NCBI RefSeq assembly: GCF_009914755.1
Contig: NC_060931.1
Strand: one strand, 5' to 3'
DNA length: 64,000 bases
DNA from: the human T2T-CHM13v2.0 reference genome, Homo sapiens
The notes beneath the pieces are model-generated. The model was given only the letters and a program-made list of their open reading frames with translations. It was not told where the DNA came from and did not search any database. A program made the position numbers and the translations under genes. This document shows, piece by piece, positions 38,701 through 50,407 of this stretch (positions within the stretch are counted from its first letter, which is position 1; each line of letters begins with the position of its first letter).

Positions 38701-41700
38701 TTCAGGTGGAGATTTCAAGCGATTTGAGGACAATTGCAGAAAAGGAAATATCTTCGTATAATAACCAGACAGAATCATTCTCAGAAAGTGCTTTGTGATG
38801 TGTGCGTTCAACTCACAGAGTTTAACCTTTCTTTTCATAGAGGAGTTTGGAAACACACTGTTTGTAAAGTCTGCAAGTGGATACATGGACCTGTTTGAGG
38901 CCTTCGTTGGAAACGGGATTTCTTCATTGAATGCTAGACGGAAGAATTCTCAGTAAATTCTTTGTGTTGTGTGCATTCAACTCACAGAGTGGAACGTCCC
39001 TTTAGACAGAGCAGATTTGAAACACTCTTTTTGCGGAATTTGCAAGTGGAGATTTCTAGCCATTTGATGCCAACAGTAGAAAGGGAAATATCTTCAAATA
39101 AAAACCAGACAGAATCATTCTCAGCAAATTCTTTGTGATGTGTGCGTTCAACTCACATAGTTTAACCTTTCTTTTCATAGAGCAGTTTGGAAACACTCTG
39201 TTTGTAAAGTCTGCAAGTGGATATATGGACCGCTTTGAGGCCTTCGTTGGAAACGGGATTTCTTCATTTCATGCTAGACAGAAGAATTCTCAGTAACTTC
39301 TTTGTGCTGTGTGTATTCAACTCACAGAGTGGAACGTCCCTTTGCACAGAGCAGATTTGAAACACTCTTTTTGTGGAGTTTGCAAGTGGAGATTTCAAGC
39401 GATTTGATGCCAACAGTAGAAAAGGAAATATCTTCAAATAAAAACTAGACAGAATCATTCTCAGAAACTACTTTGTGATGTGTGCCTTCAACTCACAGAG
39501 TTTAACCTTTCTTTTCTTAGAGCAGTTTAGAAACACTCTGCTTGTTATGTCTGCAAGTGGATATTTGGACCTCTTTGAGGCCTTCGTTGCAAACGGGGTT
39601 TCTTCCTTTCATGCTAGACTAAGAAGAGTTCTCAGTAACTTTTTTGTGTTGTGTGTATTCAACTCACAGAGTTGAACCTTGCTTTAGAGAGAGCAGATTT
39701 GAAACACTCTTGCTGTGGCATTTTCAGGTGGAGATTTCAAGCGATTTGAGGACAATTGCAGAAAATGAAATATCTTCGTATAATAACCAGACAGAATCAT
39801 TCTCAGAAAGTGCTTTGTGATGTGTGCGTTCAACTCACAGAGTTTAACCTTTCTTTTCATAGAGGAGTTTGGAAACACACTGTTTGTAAAGTCTGCAAGT
39901 GGATACATGGACCTGTTTGAGGCCTTCGTTGGAAACGGGATTTCTTCATTGAATGCTAGACGGAAGAATTCTCAGTAAATTCTTTGTGTTGTGTGCATTC
40001 AACTCACAGAGTGGAACGTCCCTTTAGACAGAGCAGATTTGAAACACTCTTTTTGCGGAATTTGCAAGTGGAGATTTCTAGCCATTTGATGCCAACAGTA
40101 GAAAGGGAAATATCTTCAAATAAAAACCAGACAGAATCATTCTCAGAAAATTCTTTGTGATGTGTGCGTTCAACTCACATAGTTTAACCTTTCTTTTCAT
40201 AGAGGAGTTTGGAAACACTCTGTTTGTAAAGTCTGCAAGTGGATATATGGACCGCATTGAGGCCTTCGTTGGAAACGGGATTTCTTCATTTCATGCTAGA
40301 CAGAAGAATTCTCAGTAACTTCTTTGTGCTGTGTGTATTCAACTCACAGAGTGGAACGTCCCTTTGCACAGAGCAGATTTGAAACACTCTTTTTGTGGAG
40401 TTTGCAAGTGGAGATTTCAAGCGATTTGATGCCAACAGTAGAAAAGGAAATATCTTCAAATAAAAACTAGACAGAATCATTCTCAGAAACTACTTTGTGA
40501 TGTGTGCCTTCAACTCACAGAGTTCAACCTTTCTTTTCTTAGAGCAGTTTAGAAACACTCTGCTTGTTATGTCTGCAAGTGGATATTTGGACCTCTTTGA
40601 GGCCTTCGTTGCAAACGGGGTTTCTTCCTTTCATGCTAGACTAAGAAGAGTTCTCAGTAACTTTTTTGTGTTGTGTGTATTCAACTCACAGAGTTGAACC
40701 TTGCTTTAGAGAGAGCAGATTTCAAACACTCTTGCTGTGGCATTTTCAGGTGGAGATTTCAAGCGATTTGAGGACAATTGCAGAAAAGGAAATATCTTCG
40801 TATAATAACCAGACAGAATCATTCTCAGAAAGTGCTTTGTGATGTGTGCGTTCAACTCACAGAGTTTAACCTTTCTTTTCATAGAGGAGTTTGGAAACAC
40901 ACTGTTTGTAAAGTCTGCAAGTGGATACATGGACCTGTTTGAGGCCTTCGTTGGAAACGGGATTTCTTCATTGAATGCTAGACGGAAGAATTCTCAGTAA
41001 ATTCTTTGTGTTGTGTGCATTCAACTCACAGAGTGGAACGTCCCTTTAGACAGAGCAGATTTGAAACACTCTTTTTGCGGAATTTGCAAGTGGAGATTTC
41101 TAGCCATTTGATGCCAACAGTAGAAAGGGAAATATCTTCAAATAAAAACCAGACAGAATCATTCTCAGCAAATTCTTTGTGATGTGTGCATTCAACTCAC
41201 ATAGTTTAACCTTTCTTTTCATAGAGCAGTTTGGAAACACTCTGTTTGTAAAGTCTGCAAGTGGATATATGGACCGCATTGAGGCCTTCGTTGGAAACGG
41301 GATTTCTTCATTTCATGCTAGAGAGAAGAATTCTCAGTAACTTCTTTGTGCTGTGTGTATTCAACTCACAGAGTGGAACGTCCCTTTGCACAGAGCAGAT
41401 TTGAAACACTCTTTTTGTGGAGTTTGCAAGTGGAGATTTCAAGCGATTTGATGCCAACAGTAGAAAAGGAAATATCTTCAAATAAAAACTAGACAGAATC
41501 ATTCTCAGAAACTACTTTGTGATGTGTGCCTTCAACTCACAGAGTTTAACCTTTCTTTTCTTAGAGCAGTTTAGAAACACTCTGCTTGTTATGTCTGCAA
41601 GTGGATATTTGGACCTCTTTGAGGCCTTCGTTGCAAACGGGGTTTCTTCCTTTCATGCTAGACTAAGAAGAGTTCTCAGTAACTTTTTTGTGTTGTGTGT

Positions 41701-43562
41701 ATTCAACTCACAGAGTTGAACCTTGCTTTAGAGAGAGCAGATTTGAAACACTCTTGCTGTGGCATTTTCAGGTGGAGATTTCAAGCGATTTGAGGACAAT
41801 TGCAGAAAAGGAAATATCTTCGTATAATAACCAGACAGAATCATTCTCAGAAAGTGCTTTGTGATGTGTGCGTTCAACTCACAGAGTTTAACCTTTCTTT
41901 TCATAGAGGAGTTTGGAAACACACTGTTTGTAAAGTCTGCAAGTGGATACATGGACCTGTTTGAGGCCTTCGTTGGAAACGGGATTTCTTCATTGAATGC
42001 TAGACGGAAGAATTCTCAGTAAATTCTTTGTGTTGTGTGCATTCAACTCACAGAGTGGAACGTCCCTTTAGACAGAGCAGATTTGAAACACTCTTTTTGC
42101 GGAATTTGCAAGTGGAGATTTCTAGCCATTTGATGCCAACAGTAGAAAGGGAAATATCTTCAAATAAAAACCAGACAGAATCATTCTCAGAAAATTCTTT
42201 GTGATGTGTGCGTTCAACTCACATAGTTTAACCTTTCTTTTCATAGAGCAGTTTGGAAACACTCTGTTTGTAAAGTCTGCAAGTGGATATATGGACCGCA
42301 TTGAGGCCTTCGTTGGAAACGGGATTTCTTCATTTCATGCTAGACAGAAGAATTCTCAGTAACTTCTTTGTGCTGTGTGTATTCAACTCACAGAGTGGAA
42401 CGTCCCTTTACACAGAGCAGATTTGAAACACTCTTTTTGTGGAGTTTGCAAGTGGAGATTTCAAGCGATTTGATGCCAACAGTAGAAAAGGAAATATCTT
42501 CAAATAAAAACTAGACAGAATCATTCTCAGAAACTACTTTGTGATGTGTGCCTTCAACTCACAGAGTTTAACCTTTCTTTTCTTAGAGCAGTTTAGAAAC
42601 ACTCTGCTTGTTATGTCTGCAAGTGGATATTTGGACCTCTTTGAGGCCTTCGTTGCAAACGGGGTTTCTTCCTTTCATGCTAGACTAAGAAGAGTTCTCA
42701 GTAACTTTTTTGTGTTGTGTGTATTCAACTCACAGAGTTGAACCTTGCTTTAGAGAGAGCAGATTTGAAACACTCTTGCTGTGGCATTTTCAGGTGGAGA
42801 TTTCAAGCGATTTGAGGACAATTGCAGAAAAGGAAATATCTTCGTATAATAACCAGACAGAATCATTCTCAGAAAGTGCTTTGTGATGTGTGCGTTCAAC
42901 TCACAGAGTTTAACCTTTCTTTCCATAGAGGAGTTTGGAAACACACTGTTTGTAAAGTCTGCAAGTGGATATATGGACCTGTTTGAGGCCTTCGTTGGAA
43001 ACGGGATTTCTTCATTGAATGCTAGACGGAAGAATTCTCAGTAAATTCTTTGTGTTGTGTGCATTCAACTCACAGAGTGGAACGTCCCTTTAGACAGAGC
43101 AGATTTGAAACACTCTTTTTGCGGAATTTGCAAGTGGAGATTTCTAGCCATTTGATGCCAACAGTAGAAAGGGAAATATCTTCAAATAAAAACCAGACAG
43201 AATCATTCTCAGAAAATTCTTTGTGATGTGTGCGTTCAACTCACATAGTTTAACCTTTCTTTTCATAGAGCAGTTTGGAAACACTCTGTTTGTAAAGTCT
43301 GCAAGTGGATATATGGACCGCATTGAGGCCTTCGTTGGAAACGGGATTTCTTCATTTCATGCTAGACAGAAGAATTCTCAGTAACTTCTTTGTGCTGTGT
43401 GTATTCAACTCACAGAGTGGAACGTCCCTTTACACAGAGCAGATTTGAAACACTCTTTTTGTGGAGTTTGCAAGTGGAGATTTCAAGCGATTTGATGCCA
43501 ACAGTAGAAAAGGAAATATCTTCAAATAAAAACTAGACAGAATCATTCTCAGAAACTACTTT

Positions 43563-44242
43563 GTGATGTGTGCCTTCAACTCACAGAGTTTAACCTTTCT
43601 TTTCATAGAGGAGTTTGGAAACACACTGTTTGTAAAGTCTGCAAGTGGATATATGGACCTGTTTGAGGCCTTCGTTGGAAACGGGATTTCTTCATTGAAT
43701 GCTAGACGGAAGAATTCTCAGTAAATTCTTTGTGTTGTGTGCATTCAACTCACAGAGTGGAACGTCCCTTTAGACAGAGCAGATTTGAAACACTCTTTTT
43801 GCGGAATTTGCAAGTGGAGATTTCTAGCCATTTGATGCCAACAGTAGAAAGGGAAATATCTTCAAATAAAAACCAGACAGAATCATTCTCAGAAAATTCT
43901 TTGTGATGTGTGCGTTCAACTCACATAGTTTAACCTTTCTTTTCATAGAGCAGTTTGGAAACACTCTGTTTGTAAAGTCTGCAAGTGGATATATGGACCG
44001 CATTGAGGCCTTCGTTGGAAACGGGATTTATTCATTTCATGCTAGACAGAAGAATTCTCAGTAACTTCTTTGTGCTGTGTGTATTCAACTCACAGAGTGG
44101 AACCTCCCTTTACACAGAGCAGATTTGAAACACTCTTTTTGTGGAGTTTGCAAGTGGAGATTTCAAGCGATTTGATGCCAACAGTAGAAAAGGAAATATC
44201 TTCAAATAAAAACTAGACAGAATCATTCTCAGAAACTACTTT
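43563..44242 (+). repeat. 4-mer HOR structural variant, copy 4
   Basis: Same hybrid junction (43575-43604); anchors 42541 to 44243 = 1702. Confidence 0.95.
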
Positions 44243-47200
44243 GTGATGTGTGCCTTCAACTCACAGAGTTTAACCTTTCTTTTCTTAGAGCAGTTTAGAA
44301 ACACTCTGCTTGTTATGTCTGCAAGTGGATATTTGGACCTCTTTGAGGCCTTCGTTGCAAACGGGGTTTCTTCCTTTCATGCTAGACTAAGAAGAGTTCT
44401 CAGTAACTTTTTTGTGTTGTGTGTATTCAACTCACAGAGTTGAACCTTGCTTTAGAGAGAGCAGATTTGAAACACTCTTGCTGTGGCATTTTCAGGTGGA
44501 GATTTCAAGCGATTTGAGGACAATTGCAGAAAAGGAAATATCTTCGTATAATAACCAGACAGAATCATTCTCAGAAAGTGCTTTGTGATGTGTGCGTTCA
44601 ACTCACAGAGTTTAACCTTTCTTTTCATAGAGGAGTTTGGAAACACACTGTTTGTAAGGACTGCAAGTGGATATATGGACCTGTTTGAGGCCTTCGTTGG
44701 AAACGGGATTTCTTCATTGAATGCTAGACGGAAGAATTCTCAGTAAATTCTTTGTGTTGTGTGCATTCAACTCACAGAGTGGAACGTCCCTTTAGACACA
44801 GCAGATTTGAAACACTCTTTTTGCGGAATTTGCAAGTGGAGATTTCTAGCCATTTGATGCCAACAGTAGAAAGGGAAATATCTTCAAATAAAAACCAGAC
44901 AGAATCATTCTCAGCAAATTCTTTGTGATGTGTGCGTTCAACTCACATAGTTTAACCTTTCTTTTCATAGAGCAGTTTGGAAACACTCTGTTTGTAAAGT
45001 CTGCAAGTGGATATATGGACCGCATTGAGGCCTTCGTTGGAAACGGGATTTCTTCATTTCATGCTAGACAGAAGAATTCTCAGTAACTTCTTTGTGCTGT
45101 GTGTATTCAACTCACAGAGTGGAACGTCCCTTTGCACAGAGCAGATTTGAAACACTCTTTTTGTGGAGTTTGCAAGTGGAGATTTCAAGCGATTTGATGC
45201 CAACAGTAGAAAAGGAAATATCTTCAAATAAAAACTAGACAGAATCATTCTCAGAAACTACTTTGTGATGTGTGCCTTCAACTCACAGAGTTCAACCTTT
45301 CTTTTCTTAGAGCAGTTTAGAAACACTCTGCTTGTTATGTCTGCAAGTGGATATTTGGACCTCTTTGAGGCCTTCGTTGCAAACGGGGTTTCTTCCTTTC
45401 ATGCTAGACTAAGAAGAGTTCTCAGTAACTTTTTTGTGTTGTGTGTATTCAACTCACAGAGTTGAACCTTGCTTTAGAGAGAGCAGATTTGAAACACTCT
45501 TGCTGTGGCATTTTCAGGTGGAGATTTCAAGCGATTTGAGGACAATTGCAGAAAAGGAAATATCTTCGTATAATAACCAGACAGAATCATTCTCAGAAAG
45601 TGCTTTGTGATGTGTGCGTTCAACTCACAGAGTTTAACCTTTCTTTTCATAGAGGAGTTTGGAAACACACTGTTTGTAAAGTCTGCAAGTGGATACATGG
45701 ACCTGTTTGAGGCCTTCGTTGGAAACGGGATTTCTTCATTGAATGCTAGACGGAAGAATTCTCAGTAAATTCTTTGTGTTGTGTGCATTCAACTCACAGA
45801 GTGGAACGTCCCTTTAGACAGAGCAGATTTGAAACACTCTTTTTGCGGAATTTGCAAGTGGAGATTTCTAGCCATTTGATGCCAACAGTAGAAAGGGAAA
45901 TATCTTCAAATAAAAACCAGACAGAATCATTCTCAGAAAATTCTTTGTGATGTGTGCGTTCAACTCACATAGTTTAACCTTTCTTTTCATAGAGCAGTTT
46001 GGAAACACTCTGTTTGTAAAGTCTGCAAGTGGATATATGGACCGCATTGAGGCCTTCGTTGGAAACGGGATTTCTTCATTTCATGCTAGACAGAAGAATT
46101 CTCAGTAACTTCTTTGTGCTGTGTGTATTCAACTCACAGAGTGCAACGTCCCTTTGCACAGAGCAGATTTGAAACACTCTTTTTGTGGAGTTTGCAAGTG
46201 GAGATTTCAAGCGATTTGATGCCAACAGTAGAAAAGGAAATATCTTCAAATAAAAACTAGACAGAATCATTCTCAGAAACTACTTTGTGATGTGTGCCTT
46301 CAACTCACAGAGTTTAACCTTTCTTTTCTTAGAGCAGTTTAGAAACACTCTGCTTGTTATGACTGCAAGTGGATATTTGGACCTCTTTGAGGCCTTCGTT
46401 GCAAACGGGGTTTCTTCCTTTCATGCTAGACTAAGAAGAGTTCTCAGTAACTTTTTTGTGTTGTGTGTATTCAACTCACAGAGTTGAACCTTGCTTTAGA
46501 GAGAGCAGATTTGAAACACTCTTGCTGTGGCATTTTCAGGTGGAGATTTCAAGCGATTTGAGGACAATTGCAGAAAAGGAAATATCTTCGTATAATAACC
46601 AGACAGAATCATTCTCAGAAAGTGCTTTGTGATGTGTGCGTTCAACTCACAGAGTTTAACCTTTCTTTTCATAGAGGAGTTTGGAAACACACTGTTTGTA
46701 AAGTCTGCAAGTGGATATATGGACCTGTTTGAGGCCTTCGTTGGAAACGGGATTTCTTCATTGAATGCTAGACGGAAGAATTCTCAGTAAATTCTTTGTG
46801 TTGTGTGCATTCAACTCACAGAGTGGAACGTCCCTTTAGACAGAGCAGATTTGAAACACTCTTTTTGCGGAATTTGCAAGTGGAGATTTCTAGCCATTTG
46901 ATGCCAACAGTAGAAAGGGAAATATCTTCAAATAAAAACCAGACAGAATCATTCTCAGCAAATTCTTTGTGATGTGTGCGTTCAACTCACATAGTTTAAC
47001 CTTTCTTTTCATAGAGCAGTTTGGAAACACTCTGTTTGTAAAGTCTGTAAGTGGATATATGGACCGCATTGAGGCCTTCGTTGGAAACGGGATTTCTTCA
47101 TTTCATGCTAGACAGAAGAATTCTCAGTAACTTCTTTGTGCTGTGTGTATTCAACTCACAGAGTGGAACGTCCCTTTACACAGAGCAGATTTGAAACACT

Positions 47201-48330
47201 CTTTTTGTGGAGTTTGCAAGTGGAGATTTCAAGCGATTTGATGCCAACAGTAGAAAAGGAAATATCTTCAAATAAAAACTAGACAGAATCATTCTCAGAA
47301 ACTACTTTGTGATGTGTGCCTTCAACTCACAGAGTTTAACCTTTCTTTTCTTAGAGCAGTTTAGAAACACTCTGCTTGTTATGTCTGCAAGTGGATATTT
47401 GGACCTCTTTGAGGCCTTCGTTGCAAACGGGGTTTCTTCCTTTCATGCTAGACTAAGAAGAGTTCTCAGTAACTTTTTTGTGTTGTGTGTATTCAACTCA
47501 CAGAGTTGAACCTTGCTTTAGAGAGAGCAGATTTGAAACACTCTTGCTGTGGCATTTTCAGGTGGAGATTTCAAGCGATTTGAGGACAATTGCAGAAAAG
47601 GAAATATCTTCGTATAATAACCAGACAGAATCATTCTCAGAAAGTGCTTTGTGATGTGTGCGTTCAACTCACAGAGTTTAACCTTTCTTTTCATAGAGGA
47701 GTTTGGAAACACACTGTTTGTAAAGTCTGCAAGTGGATATATGGACCTGTTTGAGGCCTTCGTTGGAAACGGGATTTCTTCATTGAATGCTAGACGGAAG
47801 AATTCTCAGTAAATTCTTTGTGTTGTGTGCATTCAACTCACAGAGTGGAACGTCCCTTTAGACAGAGCAGATTTGAAACACTCTTTTTGCGGAATTTGCA
47901 AGTGGAGATTTCTAGCCATTTGATGCCAACAGTAGAAAGGGAAATATCTTCAAATAAAAACCAGACAGAATCATTCTCAGAAAATTCTTTGTGATGTGTG
48001 CGTTCAACTCACATAGTTTAACCTTTCTTTTCATAGAGCAGTTTGGAAACACTCTGTTTGTAAAGTCTGCAAGTGGATATATGGACCGCATTGAGGCCTT
48101 CGTTGGAAACGGGATTTCTTCATTTCATGCTAGACAGAAGAATTCTCAGTAACTTCTTTGTGCTGTGTGTATTCAACTCACAGAGTGGAACGTCCCTTTA
48201 CACAGAGCAGATTTGAAACACTCTTTTTGTGGAGTTTGCAAGTGGAGATTTCAAGCGATTTGATGCCAACAGTAGAAAAGGAAATATCTTCAAATAAAAA
48301 CTAGACAGAATCATTCTCAGAAACTACTTT

Positions 48331-49349
48331 GTGATGTGTGCCTTCAACTCACAGAGTTTAACCTTTCTTTTCATAGAGGAGTTTGGAAACACACTGTTTG
48401 TAAAGTCTGCAAGTGGATATATGGACCTGTTTGAGGCCTTCGTTGGAAACGGGATTTCTTCATTGAATGCTAGACGGAAGAATTCTCAGTAAATTCTTTG
48501 TGTTGTGTGCATTCAACTCACAGAGTGGAACGTCCCTTTAGACAGAGCAGATTTGAAACACTCTTTTTGCGGAATTTGCAAGTGGAGATTTCTAGCCATT
48601 TGATGCCAACAGTAGAAAGGGAAATATCTTCAAATAAAAACCAGACAGAATCATTCTCAGAAAATTCTTTGTGATGTGTGCGTTCAACTCACATAGTTTA
48701 ACCTTTCTTTTCATAGAGCAGTTTGGAAACACTCTGTTTGTAAAGTCTGCAAGTGGATATATGGACCGCATTGAGGCCTTCGTTGGAAACGGGATTTCTT
48801 CATTTCATGCTAGACAGAAGAATTCTCAGTAACTTCTTTGTGCTGTGTGTATTCAACTCACAGAGTGGAACGTCGCTTTGCACAGAGCAGATTTGAAACA
48901 CTCTTTTTGTGGAGTTTGCAAGGGAGATTTCAAGCGATTTGATGCCAACAGTAGAAAAGGAAATATCTTCAAATAAAAACCAGACAGAATCATTCTCAGA
49001 AAATTCTTTGTGATGTGTGCGTTCAACTCACATAGTTTAACCTTTCTTTTCATAGAGCAGTTTGGAAACACTCTGTTTGTAAAGTCTGCAAGTGGATATA
49101 TGGACCGCATTGAGGCCTTCGTTGGAAACGGGATTTCTTCATTTCATGCTAGACAGAAGAATTCTCAGTAACTTCTTTGTGCTGTGTGTATTCAACTCAC
49201 AGAGTGGAACGTCCCTTTACACAGAGCAGATTTGAAACACTCTTTTTGTGGAGTTTGCAAGGGGAGATTTCAAGCGATTTGATGCCAACAGTAGAAAAGG
49301 AAATATCTTCAAATAAAAACTAGACAGAATCATTCTCAGAAACTACTTT
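48331..49349 (+). repeat. Non-canonical 6-mer (A-B-B, 1019 bp): dimer C deleted, dimer B duplicated, 1-bp deletion
   Basis: Hybrid junction at 48343-48372. A B-type end (gtagaaaAgg, 48958) switches to aaaaaCcagac...gaaaattc (48981) and re-enters dimer B. One base is missing at ~48922 (gcaagggag versus gcaagtggag). Confidence 0.9.
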
Positions 49350-50029
49350 GTGATGTGTGCCTTCAACTCACAGAGTTTAACCTTTCTTTTCATAGAGGAG
49401 TTTGGAAACACACTGTTTGTAAAGTCTGCAAGTGGATATATGGACCTGTTTGAGGCCTTCGTTGGAAACGGGATTTCTTCATTGAATGCTAGACGGAAGA
49501 ATTCTCAGTAAATTCTTTGTGTTGTGTGCATTCAACTCACAGAGTGGAACGTCCCTTTAGACAGAGCAGATTTGAAACACTCTTTTTGCGGAATTTGCAA
49601 GTGGAGATTTCTAGCCATTTGATGCCAACAGTAGAAAGGGAAATATCTTCAAATAAAAACCAGACAGAATCATTCTCAGAAAATTCTTTGTGATGTGTGC
49701 GTTCAACTCACATAGTTTAACCTTTCTTTTCATAGAGCAGTTTGGAAACACTCTGTTTGTAAAGTCTGCAAGTGGATATATGGACCGCATTGAGGCCTTC
49801 GTTGGAAACGGGATTTCTTCATTTCATGCTAGACAGAAGAATTCTCAGTAACTTCTTTGTGCTGTGTGTATTCAACTCACAGAGTGGAACGTCCCTTTAC
49901 ACAGAGCAGATTTGAAACACTCTTTTTGTGGAGTTTGCAAGTGGAGATTTCAAGCGATTTGATGCCAACAGTAGAAAAGGAAATATCTTCAAATAAAAAC
50001 TAGACAGAATCATTCTCAGAAACTACTTT
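49350..50029 (+). repeat. 4-mer HOR structural variant, copy 5 (sixth occurrence of the junction)
   Basis: Hybrid junction at 49362-49391; anchors 47309 to 50030 = 2721 = 1022+1019+680. Confidence 0.93.
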
Positions 50030-50407
50030 GTGATGTGTGCCTTCAACTCACAGAGTTTAACCTTTCTTTTCTTAGAGCAGTTTAGAAACACTCTGCTTGT
50101 TATGACTGCAAGTGGATATTTGGACCTCTTTGAGGCCTTCGTTGCAAACGGGGTTTCTTCCTTTCATGCTAGACTAAGAAGAGTTCTCAGTAACTTTTTT
50201 GTGTTGTGTGTATTCAACTCACAGAGTTGAACCTTGCTTTAGAGAGAGCAGATTTGAAACACTCTTGCTGTGGCATTTTCAGGTGGAGATTTCAAGCGAT
50301 TTGAGGACAATTGCAGAAAAGGAAATATCTTCGTATAATAACCAGACAGAATCATTCTCAGAAAGTGCTTTGTGATGTGTGCGTTCAACTCACAGAGTTT
50401 AACCTTT

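Noticed and set aside
48853-49110. Unique 85-aa ORF, the longest in the window
   Set aside because: It is a by-product of the B-dimer duplication and the 1-bp deletion; there is no evidence of coding function.
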